From contig JAVEYA010000001.1 of assembly GCA_034003745.1 (NCBI GenBank), forward strand, positions 43-64,042: a DNA stretch of 64,000 nucleotides, read 5' to 3'. Positions 17,640-28,252 of this stretch are shown here, piece by piece (position 1 is the first letter of the stretch; the number at the start of each line of letters is the position of its first letter). A program made the translations under genes and the position numbers. This DNA comes from Clostridia bacterium. Lineage in GTDB: Bacteria; Bacillota; Peptococcia; DRI-13; PHAD01. The notes beneath the pieces were generated by a model that made no database searches, had not been told where the DNA came from, and was given only the letters and a program-made list of their open reading frames with translations.

Positions 17640-18539
17640 TTATTCCCTGTACCCCAGCTCACGCAGGACAGCATCCTTGTTGCGCCAGTCGCTTTTTACC
17701 CTGACAAATAACTCCAGATAAGTTTTGCTGCCCAGGAGCCGCTCGATATCGACCCGCGCTCTCGAGCCGATTGCTTTCAGCCTTTCTCCGTTTTTGCCGA
17801 TGATGATGCCTTTTTGCGAATCTCTTTCCACATAGATGCTGGCTGCAATGTACAGCAGTTGCTCACTGCGGCGCTCTAACTGCTCTATTGTTACCGCGAC
17901 GGCATGAGGCACCTCATCACGGGTTGCCTCGATCACCTTTTCCCTGACTATTTCAGCCAAGAGGACGCTCTCCGGCTGGTCGGTGAGCGTATCCTCCGGA
18001 TAATAACGCGGACCCGGCGTCAGATATTTGAGAGCAGCCTGCAATAAAGCCGGTACATTATCGCCTTTTAAAGCGGAGAGCGGGATGATCTCCTGCCATT
18101 CACGCATGTTCCGGTAAAAGTCCATCAGCGGCAGCAGCTTTTCTTTTTCCAGCAAGTCTACCTTATTTAAAAGCAAAAAAACCGGTGTCTCCACTGTTTG
18201 CAGTTTTTCCGCAAGATAGGCGTCCCCTGAGCCAAATGGCGCCGTAACGTCCACCAGGTAAAAGACGACATCCGTTTCATTCAGCGTATTCAGAGCGAGC
18301 CTTACCATGCTGTCGCCGAGTTTGTCCTTGGGCTTATGGATACCCGGCGTGTCCAACAGGACAAGCTGGTAATCCGTTCCGTTGATGATCCCGGCAATTC
18401 TATTTCTGGTCGTCTGGGGCTTATCGGAGGTTATGGCAATCTTAGCGCCGGTCATATAATTTAAAAGCGTGGATTTTCCGGCGTTGGGCCTACCCACCAG
18501 CGCCGCGAACCCGGAACGGAATTCTTTTTCTTTCGTCAA
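17640..18539 (-). CDS. era: GTPase Era
   Basis: G1 motif GRPNAGKST, G3 motif DTPG, NKVD, and a C-terminal KH domain. Confidence 0.96.
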   Translation of the reverse strand: MTKEKEFRSGFAALVGRPNAGKSTLLNYMTGAKIAITSDKPQTTRNRIAGIINGTDYQLVLLDTPGIHKPKDKLGDSMVRLALNTLNETDVVFYLVDVTAPFGSGDAYLAEKLQTVETPVFLLLNKVDLLEKEKLLPLMDFYRNMREWQEIIPLSALKGDNVPALLQAALKYLTPGPRYYPEDTLTDQPESVLLAEIVREKVIEATRDEVPHAVAVTIEQLERRSEQLLYIAASIYVERDSQKGIIIGKNGERLKAIGSRARVDIERLLGSKTYLELFVRVKSDWRNKDAVLRELGYRE

Positions 18540-18943
18540 GCGTTTGGTCCTCCCTTGAGGAAATTTGCATCAAAATGCAGCGGCAATAATTCCCGGACTG
18601 TCGAAGCCACCACCTGACCCTTGGTATTGGCCATCAGGACACGCATTCCGGGAGAAAACTCAGCCAGTACCTGGCGGCAGCCGCCGCACGGCGAAGCAGG
18701 AATCTCTCCTTCACTGACGATGGCAATCGCCTTAAAGTTCCTGGCCCCGGCGCTCACAGCATTGAAAACTGCGGCCCGTTCAGCGCAGATAGTATGACTG
18801 TATGAAGCGTTCTCCACGTTGCAGCCGGTATAAACCTGCCCGTCTTCGGCTAAGAGCGCCGCCCCCACCTTAAAGCCGGAATAAGGCGCATATGCTTTCT
18901 CCCTGGCGGTAATGGCAGCTTCAATCAGCTTCTCATACGTCAT
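18536..18943 (-). CDS. cdd: Cytidine deaminase
   Basis: MTYEKLIEAAITAREKAYAPYSGFKVGAALL..CAERAA..PCGGCRQV zinc motifs. I chose the internal ATG at 18943, because the upstream gene ends at 18954. Confidence 0.93.
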   Translation of the reverse strand: MTYEKLIEAAITAREKAYAPYSGFKVGAALLAEDGQVYTGCNVENASYSHTICAERAAVFNAVSAGARNFKAIAIVSEGEIPASPCGGCRQVLAEFSPGMRVLMANTKGQVVASTVRELLPLHFDANFLKGGPNA

Positions 18944-18953
18944 TTCCTTCACC

Positions 18954-19988
18954 TCAATATTCAATCCGGGTCCCGTTGGGAACGACCTCAATCCAGGTCG
19001 GCCCCTCCACAAAAGAAAGGGTTTTACCCTTGGAGTCCGTATATTTGGTGAACTGGCCCGGCTGTTTTTCCCATAACCCATTGATGAATTTGCCTTCCCG
19101 GAAAATCAGCGCTTTGCCTTTACCGTGCATAATCAGACGCAGCCGGCCTTCGCCGTCCAGATACTGATAAGAGACAAATTGGATAATGATATTGGCGGCC
19201 TTAAGCTGTTCATTCTTAGCCGTCATGTGCGGCTCTTCGCCCATAAATCTTTCGAAATAGAGTTTTTCTTTATTGAACTGATAGCGAATCAGGCTGAGGC
19301 GGTTCGGATAAAAAATGGTAATATCACTGACTATCTCCCCCTCGCTCTCCTCCCCCTCCAACAAATAGGGCAGCTGGGTGGGGGGCGTAGTCAAATTATA
19401 CTGCTTATTTACAGCCGCCTTTCTAAGGCTGTCGGAACTGGAGTAAAGATTATGGGGCTTAGCCCGTTCCGTCACCCGCCAGAAAGCGGTGGCCACGTTG
19501 CTGCCGCCGTTAATCTCATCCAGATTATTCAATTTTTCCGTCTTAATGGCGTCCAGAGCATCCATGGAACCACCCGCGTGCACCAGAATAGCCTTGTATT
19601 CTTTGGCTAAATCCACAAAATAGCTGCGGGCACTACGGATAGGACCCAATAGCTCCAGGTCCTCGCCGCTGATAATCGCCAACAGTCTGGTCATCCCGCC
19701 CTCCACCGGCATTTCGATAACCACATCGGCCAATTCCAGTCCGGACTGCGGCCGGGCGGCCGCAGCATTATCAATGACCACGGCCAGGGCGCGTTGTCTG
19801 TCTTTATCCCGCCAGCCGGGGAAGGGAATAACTTTCTCGGCTGGTTCTTCTATAACTTCCGGGGGCTTAACGATATTAAAGTTTATATTCTTTTGAAAAT
19901 AAGGACGGAGAAGCACAAAGGCTGTCGAGCCGATCATGATGCTCACGGCCAGCGCCGCTAAGAGCGCGATATAATATTTGCGCCGCAT
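18954..19988 (-). CDS. DUF3048 (YerB-like) secreted/lipoprotein-type protein
   Basis: ALAVVIDNAAAARPQSGLELADVVIEMPVEGGMTRLLAI is the DUF3048 core. The start is MRRKYYIALLAAL at 19988, after AAAGGAGGA. Confidence 0.8.
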   Translation of the reverse strand: MRRKYYIALLAALAVSIMIGSTAFVLLRPYFQKNINFNIVKPPEVIEEPAEKVIPFPGWRDKDRQRALAVVIDNAAAARPQSGLELADVVIEMPVEGGMTRLLAIISGEDLELLGPIRSARSYFVDLAKEYKAILVHAGGSMDALDAIKTEKLNNLDEINGGSNVATAFWRVTERAKPHNLYSSSDSLRKAAVNKQYNLTTPPTQLPYLLEGEESEGEIVSDITIFYPNRLSLIRYQFNKEKLYFERFMGEEPHMTAKNEQLKAANIIIQFVSYQYLDGEGRLRLIMHGKGKALIFREGKFINGLWEKQPGQFTKYTDSKGKTLSFVEGPTWIEVVPNGTRIEY

Positions 19989-20031
19989 CCCCCATCCTCC
20001 TTTGGACGTGTCATTTCTATTGATCATAGTG

Positions 20032-21285
20032 TTATTCCGTTCTCCAGATATGGAGCTTGCCGATTCTCCTTCCGGTTACTTTTTCCACGACCACATGCAG
20101 ATTATCGATGTCCAGTTCCTGCCCCTCCTGCGGGAGTTTCCCCAGGTGATGAAAGACCAGCCCGCTGATGGTATCGAATTCTTCGTCCGGCAAATCCAGT
20201 TCCAACTGCTCATTGATATCATAGATGGAGGTGCGGGCGCTGACCCGTAAGGAACCGTCCTCCAATATCTCAATCAGATTCTCTTCCTTATCAAATTCAT
20301 CCTGAATATCTCCGACGATTTCCTCGATCAGGTCTTCAATCGTGACCAAGCCGGCGGTGCCGCCGTATTCATCCAAAACAATCGCCATATGCACCTTCTC
20401 TTTGCGCAGTTCCTCAAATAAATCCCGGACTTTTTTACTTTCCGGAACATAATGGGCCTGCCGCATCAAAGCCTTGATGGAAGGCCTCTTTTCCTCCGGC
20501 CTGGCCAGCGGCTGCAGGAGGTCCTTGGCATAAATCACGCCGACAATATTATCGACCGTTCCTTCATATACCGGGATCCGGGAGTGTCCGATCACCACCG
20601 CAATCTCGATGACTTCATCCAGGGTCCCTTCGGCATTCACCGCGAAAATATCGATACGCGGCACCATCACCTCGCGTACCAGCGTATCATCAAATTCAAA
20701 GATACTGTCGATCATTTCCCGCTCGTCCTCATCCAGAAGTCCTTCTTCCTGTCCGACGTTAACGAGCATCCGGATTTCTTCTTCAGTTACCTGCTGCTCC
20801 TGCTCATTCTTCCCGCCCAACAGTCTGACCAACATGCCGGTAATCAGGTTAAGAATACGCACCAGGGGATTCAGGAGGATCTGCACAACACGGATATACC
20901 CGCTGACATTCAGGGCAATCTTCTCCGGCTTCCTGGCCGTCAGCGTCTTTGGGGTGATTTCGCCAAAGACCAAGACGAGTATGGTCATTACTATCGTGGC
21001 AATTCCGGGTCCGTTTTCTTCGAAGATGCTAATGGCCAAAGAGGTGGCCAGTGCGGTTGCCCCAATATTGACAATGTTGTTGCCAACCAATATGGTGGAA
21101 ATCAAACTTCCGGGCTGTTCCAACATACGCCGCACCGCTACGGCGCGCTTATCGCCTTCTTCGGCCAGGTGCCGGATTTTTATTTTATTGGCCGCAAAGA
21201 AAGCTGTCTCTGTTGCGGAAAAAAAGGCGGACAGTATCAGCAGACAGAACAATAAAAATAAAAGGGAAGTATGCGCAATTGACAA
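20032..21285 (-). CDS. CNNM/HlyC-CorC family transporter (DUF21 + 2 CBS + CorC_HlyC)
   Basis: 417 aa. The N-terminal 4-TM DUF21 domain contains the GEITPK motif. It also has a CBS pair and a C-terminal transporter-associated domain. Confidence 0.9.
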   Translation of the reverse strand: MSIAHTSLLFLLFCLLILSAFFSATETAFFAANKIKIRHLAEEGDKRAVAVRRMLEQPGSLISTILVGNNIVNIGATALATSLAISIFEENGPGIATIVMTILVLVFGEITPKTLTARKPEKIALNVSGYIRVVQILLNPLVRILNLITGMLVRLLGGKNEQEQQVTEEEIRMLVNVGQEEGLLDEDEREMIDSIFEFDDTLVREVMVPRIDIFAVNAEGTLDEVIEIAVVIGHSRIPVYEGTVDNIVGVIYAKDLLQPLARPEEKRPSIKALMRQAHYVPESKKVRDLFEELRKEKVHMAIVLDEYGGTAGLVTIEDLIEEIVGDIQDEFDKEENLIEILEDGSLRVSARTSIYDINEQLELDLPDEEFDTISGLVFHHLGKLPQEGQELDIDNLHVVVEKVTGRRIGKLHIWRTE

Positions 21286-21309
21286 AACTTTTCCCTCCTG
21301 CAGGTGGTA

Positions 21310-21777
21310 TCAGTTACGAGACAAATCAATCTCCGTCAGTATTTTCTCCTCAAAACGCCGCATTTGCACGGTCTCTTCTTCTTCATGATGATCGAAACCC
21401 AACAGATGCAACAGGCCGTGTACCGCCAGAAAACCCACTTCCCGGTCTAAGTCGTGCCCATATTCCTGGGCTTGGGCAGCGGCCCGTTCCAGGGATATGA
21501 TGATATCGCCCAGGAGATGCGGTTCTCCATCCGGCGATAGCAAAGGAACCACCTCCGCCTCATCAAAGGCAAAGGATAAAACATCGGTAGGGCAATCCAA
21601 ACCGCGGTAATCGCAGTTCAACGACTGAATTTGGGGATCGTCGACAAAGGTCACGCTGACTTCGGTATTTTCCGGGAGAGCAAAAATTTCCGTCGCCTTA
21701 ACCCCTATCCTATATAGTATATCCTCAATCCTCCCGGTCAGACTCTGCTTCTGCCGGTTTCCGATCAGTATCCGCAT
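21310..21777 (-). CDS. ybeY: rRNA maturation RNase YbeY
   Basis: PTDVLSFAF and the zinc motif HGLLHLLGFDH. The ATG at 21777 follows GGAG, giving a 53-nt overlap with the pgpH 3' end. Confidence 0.92.
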   Translation of the reverse strand: MRILIGNRQKQSLTGRIEDILYRIGVKATEIFALPENTEVSVTFVDDPQIQSLNCDYRGLDCPTDVLSFAFDEAEVVPLLSPDGEPHLLGDIIISLERAAAQAQEYGHDLDREVGFLAVHGLLHLLGFDHHEEEETVQMRRFEEKILTEIDLSRN

Positions 21778-23851
21778 GAGGGATTTCTCCTTCCTCCAAC
21801 TTCTCCAGTACATTCTCCGGATACTCGATACGGGTGTGGAAAATGCCGCTTAAGATTCTGGTAAAAGCCTGGGCGATCAAATCCAGGTCCTTGAAAGTCA
21901 GCGCAGACTCATCAAGCTGACCATCCTGCAGCCTTTCTTTGATAATCCGGCGGACCAATCCTTCTATTTTCCCCGGCGTAGCCGTATTCATCGAACGCAC
22001 AGCCGCCTCTACGTTATCCGCCAGCATGATAATGGCGGCTTCCTTCGATTGCGGTTTAGGCGCGTCATAGCGAAAATCGTTTTCTTTAATACTATCATGA
22101 TTCCCCAATTCCAGCGCTTTATGATAGAAGTAGGTAACCAGGCTGGTACCGTGATGCTGGGCGATAAAATCATTGATCTCCGGCGGGATACCCGACTCCT
22201 GCGCTAAGCTCAGTCCATCCTTGACGTGGGAAGTAATAATCAATGTGCTTAAGGCCGGGGTCAGTTTGGAATGCGGATTTTCTCCGCCCAATTGGTTTTC
22301 AATGAAGAAATAGGGGCGTTTCAGTTTGCCGATATCATGGTAATAGGCGCCGACCCGGACCAGCATAGAATCTGCTCCGACCGCATCAGCCGCGGCTTCG
22401 GCCAGATTACCTACCAGAATGCTGTGGTGATACGTACCCGGCGCCTCCAAGAGCAGCCTTTTTAAGAGCGGCTGGTTCGGATTGGCCAGTTCCATCAGAC
22501 GGACACTGGTGGTAATTTTAAAGGCCTGCTCGAAAAAGGGCAGACTGCCGTAAGCGAAGATCGCGGAAAAGAAACCGTTGAGTACGCCTAAACCCATCCC
22601 GATTAAAATTACATTAATGGTATAATTGTTCATTAAACCCAGCGCAAAAATAGAGACGAGATTCGCCGCGGCGATAAACAGGCCGGCCCGCACCCAATCC
22701 AGGCGCTGCGTAAACTTGGAGACGGAATAAATCCCCACCAGGCCGCCGACAAAAGCGTGGACCGCATGATATAACTGATTGTCGGAAAATATGCCGACAA
22801 AAATGGCCAGAACTACCGTTACAAAAACGGCGATCCGGGTATCCAACAAGATTGTAATCAGCATTGACCCCGCCGCCACAGGTACCAGGAGTCCCGCCAA
22901 ATTGGCAATCTCCACCCGGTCGCTAATATTCACGGACAGAATCAGCTTGGCCAGCAGGATAATAACAAACACCGTTAAGCATAAGATAAACAGTTTCTTC
23001 TCTTCACGGTAAATATCCTGGCTGAAATATTTCAGGAAAAATATCGACAGCACCAACACCAAGAGCAAAAAGACGGACACACCGCCCAGGGCGGCAAAAG
23101 GCGAGGCTTTCTGATACCCCAGATACTGCAGAATTTCTATCTGGTCCTGAGTGACTACCTCACCCTCACTGACAATCCTTTGTCCCTTATGAATCGTAAT
23201 CAGCACAGGACCCTCGGCGGCCGCAGCTTCTTCTTTGGCTTTTCCGGTGGCTTCCTCGTCGTAACTGTAGTTGGGGTAGAGCGTTATTTTATTGAAAACT
23301 GCCTTAATCAAATCACGGTACGGTTGATTATAGTTTAACAGTTCAATCTGATTGAGGATTTTCTCTTTTTTCTCGTTAATTTCAAAATCGCGTACACCCA
23401 TCTGCCAGTTTGTCCGAAGCAGGTTTACGGCTTCGGCCGTCAAGGCACGCATCGTGTCCGACTCCATGGACACCAGGACATTCGCCGCCACCCCGGAGAG
23501 ACGGTATTCGCTTTGTAAGAGTTTAAGTTTTTCGTTGGTATTAAGGTCCTGGCGTCTTACTGTAGTGTAATATTCATCAAAAGCCTCTTCTATGTCTTGT
23601 TCCATATTCAGCAGGACGACGCGGTCAAGGACATAGACCTCACCCACATTATTGGCCGCCTGTTCTCTTCTTAACTGGGTTTGCTCGGCGTCTTCGAAGG
23701 TGAAATCCTGCGACGCCCGAATCGTGCTGGGAGAGACTTGTCCCGCCCGGACAGGATATTCGGCCGGTAAGTAATGAAAAGCGAATATCGCAATTACGCC
23801 CAGATAGAATAGTAGAACCAATAAGAAAAACTTGATTTTCTTATGAAACAA
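21725..23851 (-). CDS. pgpH: 7TM-receptor/HD-domain phosphohydrolase PgpH (YqfF family, cyclic-di-AMP phosphodiesterase type)
   Basis: 708 aa with an extracellular domain, 7 TM segments and an HD domain (HHSILVGNLA...YYHDIGK). It sits at the conserved position after phoH. Confidence 0.9.
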   Translation of the reverse strand: MFHKKIKFFLLVLLFYLGVIAIFAFHYLPAEYPVRAGQVSPSTIRASQDFTFEDAEQTQLRREQAANNVGEVYVLDRVVLLNMEQDIEEAFDEYYTTVRRQDLNTNEKLKLLQSEYRLSGVAANVLVSMESDTMRALTAEAVNLLRTNWQMGVRDFEINEKKEKILNQIELLNYNQPYRDLIKAVFNKITLYPNYSYDEEATGKAKEEAAAAEGPVLITIHKGQRIVSEGEVVTQDQIEILQYLGYQKASPFAALGGVSVFLLLVLVLSIFFLKYFSQDIYREEKKLFILCLTVFVIILLAKLILSVNISDRVEIANLAGLLVPVAAGSMLITILLDTRIAVFVTVVLAIFVGIFSDNQLYHAVHAFVGGLVGIYSVSKFTQRLDWVRAGLFIAAANLVSIFALGLMNNYTINVILIGMGLGVLNGFFSAIFAYGSLPFFEQAFKITTSVRLMELANPNQPLLKRLLLEAPGTYHHSILVGNLAEAAADAVGADSMLVRVGAYYHDIGKLKRPYFFIENQLGGENPHSKLTPALSTLIITSHVKDGLSLAQESGIPPEINDFIAQHHGTSLVTYFYHKALELGNHDSIKENDFRYDAPKPQSKEAAIIMLADNVEAAVRSMNTATPGKIEGLVRRIIKERLQDGQLDESALTFKDLDLIAQAFTRILSGIFHTRIEYPENVLEKLEEGEIPHADTDRKPAEAESDRED

Positions 23852-23928
23852 ACCGCCGGATTTAGATAAAAACTTGGCCGGTTTCTCGCTTTTGATGGAA
23901 ATAACAATTCCCCCCTTCCGGCAGGTTC

Positions 23929-24954
23929 TTAATTGACAACCTGCTGTTCAACCGCTGCTTCCGATACCTTCTTCTCATCCGGTTCACGCGCTTCCTGGGC
24001 GCGCTGATATTCCTCATAGGCATGAATGATTTTTTGGACGACGGGGTGCCTGACCACGTCGGCCTGGGTAAGGTACTGGAAACTGATGCCCTTGATGCCT
24101 TTTAAAATATTTTGCACGACAACCAGCCCGGAATTAGCGTTCTTGGGCAGGTCCACCTGTGTTACATCCCCTGTGATTACGGCTTTGGAGCCAAAGCCTA
24201 TTCTGGTCAGAAACATTTTCATCTGTTCGGGCGTTGTGTTTTGCGCCTCGTCCAGAATAATAAAAGAATCATCCAGTGTGCGGCCCCGCATGTAGGCCAA
24301 CGGCGCAATTTCAATAATGGATTTATCCACATAACGCTGGGCCGTGTCGATGCCCAGAACATCATACAACCCGTCATACAAAGGGCGCAGGTAAGGATTA
24401 ACTTTTTCCTGCAGATCGCCGGGCAGAAAACCCAGCTTTTCTCCCGCTTCCACCGCAGGCCGGGTCAGGATAATCCTGTTGACTTCCTTGTTCTTCAAGG
24501 CGGTTACCGCCATAATCACAGCCAGATAGGTTTTGCCTGTTCCGGCCGGTCCGATGCAAAAAACGATATCGTTGGCCTTGACCGCTTGGATATACTGGGA
24601 TTGACCGATTGTTTTAGGCTTAATCTGTTTGCCCCGGGAAGTCACCTGAATCACTTCATGCAGGGTCTCGGACAAATGTTTTCCCTTGCCTTTCATCACG
24701 GTCTGGAGACAATAATTGATATCCGGAATCGAAAGTACGCTGCCTGTCCTGATCATGTCCACCAAATGCAAAATTACTTCTTTAGCCAGATCTACCTCTT
24801 CGGCGCTGCCGGAAAGATGAATCTCGCCGCCCCGCGCCACCAGTTTGGCGCCCAAATTATCCGCCAAAAACCTTAGGTTTGCATCCCGTAAACCGAATAA
24901 AGCCGCCGCTTCGTGATTATCCAAATGAAGATGTTCTTCCGTAATGGCTGCCAA
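23929..24954 (-). CDS. phoH: PhoH-family ATPase
   Basis: Walker A motif GPAGTGKTYLAV; ILDEAQN; N-terminal KH-like extension. Confidence 0.93.
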   Translation of the reverse strand: MAAITEEHLHLDNHEAAALFGLRDANLRFLADNLGAKLVARGGEIHLSGSAEEVDLAKEVILHLVDMIRTGSVLSIPDINYCLQTVMKGKGKHLSETLHEVIQVTSRGKQIKPKTIGQSQYIQAVKANDIVFCIGPAGTGKTYLAVIMAVTALKNKEVNRIILTRPAVEAGEKLGFLPGDLQEKVNPYLRPLYDGLYDVLGIDTAQRYVDKSIIEIAPLAYMRGRTLDDSFIILDEAQNTTPEQMKMFLTRIGFGSKAVITGDVTQVDLPKNANSGLVVVQNILKGIKGISFQYLTQADVVRHPVVQKIIHAYEEYQRAQEAREPDEKKVSEAAVEQQVVN

Positions 24955-24991
24955 GTAGTCAAGCCTCCAAACTCAAGTTATTTGTTAACTA

Positions 24992-26146
24992 TTAATTATA
25001 TCCGTACGCGCCGATATCTTCAACTGTTTCCAAAAAGTACCCCGTTTGAATCAAATCGGCTTTTTCCGCCGGAAGGGGTTCATGCCTTTCCGTTAAAATC
25101 CGGCAATCCTGCGGAAGCGATTCCATAGCCTCTGTCCTGGCCCGGCTTACTGCTTCCAGATAAGCGCCTTCTAAGCCCCATTCATGGATTTTCCGTTCTT
25201 GCTCAATATAGGTAACATTAATTATTTCGACAAGACCGTCCGGAATCCTGCCTGGTAAAAGCTTCTGACTGCGGCTGACCGTACGGTAATGCTCGTACGG
25301 CGCAAGCCTCGGCCCTTGTATAACGATATCCCAGCCTTTAAAACGGCATATTGTAATTTCCGCTTTTTTGCCCGTGTCGCGGTCAATTTCTTCCCGGATG
25401 GGGCATTGACCGATGACACGGCGCTCCACACGGGCCCGCACCAAAGCCCGCGCCTGGATATCCATCGTTTTTCCTGCGACCAGCACCTGGCCTTTTTGTA
25501 CCAGGTCTCCTTCCCATACCAATGGAACCCCTTTCATGACCAGCAATTCCTCAATCCGGCCGTCCTGCGCTGCGACCAGGTCGGCTGCTTCGCTCTCCAA
25601 TTCGGCTGGGACCAAGGCTTTTTCGGATACTTCGATGATAACGCCGCTTCCCCGGACCTGGATTCCGGCCCAGGCCAGACGGGGTATTTCGGCCAGCATC
25701 TGTTCCGTGACCTTATCTTTCATGAAGCCGCTTTTCGGCGCGCCTACCTTGACGCCGTGCATTGCCAGAAAATGCGTGATCTCCTCGGTTTTAACTTTTT
25801 CGTTGCCGGATATTTCGATAAACCAGATAAACGAACTCAGAAGATATAAAGTTACGCAAAATAATAAGAGCCCAGCCACCAACATCTTCCTTTGACCGAG
25901 CCGCATGAATAAAAATGGAGCGCCCTTTTTTTGGGTTATCTTCATACGGCAGCCGCAGCGTCTGACTAGCCGGCTTAAAGCTTTATACCCTCCCAAACGC
26001 GCCTTGAACGTAAATTTTCCCGCTTCATTCCGCCGGATATCCCAAAGATAAATACCGCGGCTCAAAGCCATATTGATGACTCTTTCCGGTTCACGCCCCC
26101 ACATGGTTATTACCAGATAACCTGTGACTGCTCTATCCCAACGCAT
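24992..26146 (-). CDS. yqfD: Sporulation protein YqfD
   Basis: 384 aa. The N-terminus is GYLVITMWGREPERVINMALSRGIYLWDI, followed by a single TM. It sits downstream of yqfC. Confidence 0.85.
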   Translation of the reverse strand: MRWDRAVTGYLVITMWGREPERVINMALSRGIYLWDIRRNEAGKFTFKARLGGYKALSRLVRRCGCRMKITQKKGAPFLFMRLGQRKMLVAGLLLFCVTLYLLSSFIWFIEISGNEKVKTEEITHFLAMHGVKVGAPKSGFMKDKVTEQMLAEIPRLAWAGIQVRGSGVIIEVSEKALVPAELESEAADLVAAQDGRIEELLVMKGVPLVWEGDLVQKGQVLVAGKTMDIQARALVRARVERRVIGQCPIREEIDRDTGKKAEITICRFKGWDIVIQGPRLAPYEHYRTVSRSQKLLPGRIPDGLVEIINVTYIEQERKIHEWGLEGAYLEAVSRARTEAMESLPQDCRILTERHEPLPAEKADLIQTGYFLETVEDIGAYGYN

Positions 26147-26169
26147 CGTCCTATCCGCCCTCCTGCCGG

Positions 26170-26457
26170 CTACTGATGATACCGGATGCCGTTAATCTGT
26201 CCATCCAGATAAATCTCTTCTCTTGATATGCTGCGTATAATCAGTTCCCGCCCAAGTATCTCCACTTCTCCGGTACTCGCGGCAATACGAATCGCTTCCG
26301 GGGCATAGGCGATAATTCCCCGGTGATTTTCAATATATAGCTGGAGATTGCCGATCAGGGTGATTTTGGGCAAATCATACAGGATATCCGAGGGGATTTC
26401 CAGAAAGCCGGCAATGTGCTGCAGTTTTTTATGGTCCTGCGGACTAACCATACGCAT
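26170..26457 (-). CDS. yqfC: Sporulation protein YqfC
   Basis: LEIPSDILYDLPKITLIGNLQLYIENHRGIIAYAPEAIRI matches the YqfC signature. I chose the ATG at 26457. Confidence 0.85.
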   Translation of the reverse strand: MRMVSPQDHKKLQHIAGFLEIPSDILYDLPKITLIGNLQLYIENHRGIIAYAPEAIRIAASTGEVEILGRELIIRSISREEIYLDGQINGIRYHQ

Positions 26458-26503
26458 ACCCCCGTTCCTAACTATTCTATGCATACGGGAAGCTAAACAG
26501 AAC

Positions 26504-26535
26504 GAAACCCTGCCATCTGAAGACGGCAGGGTTTC
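26504..26535 (-). terminator. Intrinsic terminator after the Pro-rich protein gene
   Basis: GAAACCCTGCC (26504-26514) pairs with GGCAGGGTTTC (26525-26535). On the minus strand the stem is followed by GTTCTGTTT. Confidence 0.6.
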
Positions 26536-26607
26536 ATCCATATCGATTAAGTTATCTGTGTCATTGTTGAGTACAGCGAAGAATCTTTAAACCGGCAGTC
26601 TCTCCAG

Positions 26608-27198
26608 TTAAGATATCTTTCTATATCCGGGGTATTTATTTTTGAAGCGGGGTTTCTGCAGGATTTCGCTCCAGATAACCGCTCTTCTAAGGTCCTCCTG
26701 ACCGGCAAATAGGGGAAGTGCTTCCGGCTCCGGCATATCTATCATCAGCACCGGCCCTATCTCCGCAGGGGCATGACAGGGATCCGCTCCTTCCATAATA
26801 GGCAGAGAATCGTACTCGCTGACGCCTTCCAGCGGATGCAAACGATCGTAATCGCTCAAACCTTCGTACCGGGGTTGCCTGTCGTACATGCTCATCCCTT
26901 CGCCGAGCGTCGCCGGCTGCAACGAAGGAGTAGGCTTTTTGCCGCCGGAAGCCCCAACCGGTTCCGGAGCTTTTCGCGCCGGCATAGCTTTTTCCGGTGC
27001 TTTTTTGACGGGAGCCGCGGCCGGACGGACTGGTTTTTGCGCCCGGGGCGGGGCAAGCGGACGGGTAGTAGTTCTCCCCGGTTCAGGCTGCTGCGCGTTC
27101 TTTTGATCCGGTTCCTTTTTCATGCCTTTTTTCCGGTCGCTCATAGCGCGTAAAGCTATAAAAACAATAAAAATTATGACGCCCAGAATATCTTCCAA
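26608..27198 (-). CDS. Hypothetical membrane-anchored proline-rich protein (at the yqfB position)
   Basis: An N-terminal TM (ILGVIIFIVFIAL) is followed by a P/A/K-rich linker and a duplicated motif YEGLSDYDRLHPLEGVSEYDSLPIMEG. The start is uncertain: TTG at 27198 after GGGGGGAGG, or TTG at 27222. Confidence 0.55.
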   Translation of the reverse strand: MEDILGVIIFIVFIALRAMSDRKKGMKKEPDQKNAQQPEPGRTTTRPLAPPRAQKPVRPAAAPVKKAPEKAMPARKAPEPVGASGGKKPTPSLQPATLGEGMSMYDRQPRYEGLSDYDRLHPLEGVSEYDSLPIMEGADPCHAPAEIGPVLMIDMPEPEALPLFAGQEDLRRAVIWSEILQKPRFKNKYPGYRKIS

Positions 27199-27230
27199 AG
27201 GGGCCTCCCCCCTTTCTCTCAAATCAAGCT

Positions 27231-28229
27231 TTATTTTTTATCCGGGATTACGCTTCCGCCCTGGGATTGACCCGGCTTGGCAATAGATTCCCGCATCGAG
27301 GTATCAGCGATAACATTTTGCATGTTATAGTAGTCCATGACACCGAGCTTGCCTTCCCGTAAAGCCTGCGCCATCGCTTTGGGCACTTCGGCTTCCGCTT
27401 CGACGACCTTGGCCCGCTGCTCCTGGACGGAAGCTCTCATTTCCTGCTCCCGGGCCACCGCCAGCGCCCTGCGCTCTTCGGCCTTGGCCTGGGCGATGCG
27501 CTTGTCGGCTTCGGCCTGGTCGGTCTGCAACTGCGCTCCGATGTTACGCCCTACATCAACGTCGGCTATATCAATGGAAAGAATTTCAAAGGCGGTTCCG
27601 GCATCCAGCCCTTTGTTCAGGACAGTATGCGAAATCTTATCGGGATTCTCCAACACTTCCTTATGGGTTTCAGAACTTCCGACGGTGGTGACGATCCCTT
27701 CCCCGACGCGGGCAATTATCGTCTCTTCCCCGGCGCCTCCGACCAGGCGGTCGATATTGGCTCGCACCGTCACACGGGCTCTGGCCCTGACCTCAATCCC
27801 GTTTTTAGCCATCGCCGCAATAACCGGCGTTTCGATAACGCGGGGATTAACGCTCATCTGTACTGCTTCCAGCACATTACGCCCGGCCAGGTCAATCGCC
27901 GCGGCGCGCTCAAAGGGCAACGGAATATTGGCCCGTTCTGCGGCAATCAGGGCGTTGACGACACGGTCCACATTGCCGCCGGCCAGATAATGGGCTTCCA
28001 GCTGGTTGATATTCACGTTCAAACCGGCCTTATCCGATTTAATCAGGCTGGTGACGATTAAACTGGGCGGCACTCTTCTAAAGCGCATTCCCACCAGAGT
28101 AAAGATGCCGACCCGGACGCCCGCCGCCAATGCCGAAATCCACAGTCCCACAGGAATAAACGAAAACAGAATGGCTAATGCGACAAGAATGATTACAATC
28201 ATAATAACGAATGAAACTAATGCTGCCAT
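27231..28229 (-). CDS. floA: Flotillin-like protein FloA (YqfA, SPFH domain)
   Basis: 332 aa. The sequence ..[43 protein letters not shown].. is the UPF0365/FloA signature. Confidence 0.93.
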   Translation of the reverse strand: MAALVSFVIMIVIILVALAILFSFIPVGLWISALAAGVRVGIFTLVGMRFRRVPPSLIVTSLIKSDKAGLNVNINQLEAHYLAGGNVDRVVNALIAAERANIPLPFERAAAIDLAGRNVLEAVQMSVNPRVIETPVIAAMAKNGIEVRARARVTVRANIDRLVGGAGEETIIARVGEGIVTTVGSSETHKEVLENPDKISHTVLNKGLDAGTAFEILSIDIADVDVGRNIGAQLQTDQAEADKRIAQAKAEERRALAVAREQEMRASVQEQRAKVVEAEAEVPKAMAQALREGKLGVMDYYNMQNVIADTSMRESIAKPGQSQGGSVIPDKK

Positions 28230-28252
28230 ATTTCAACCTCCTAAAATTTTAT

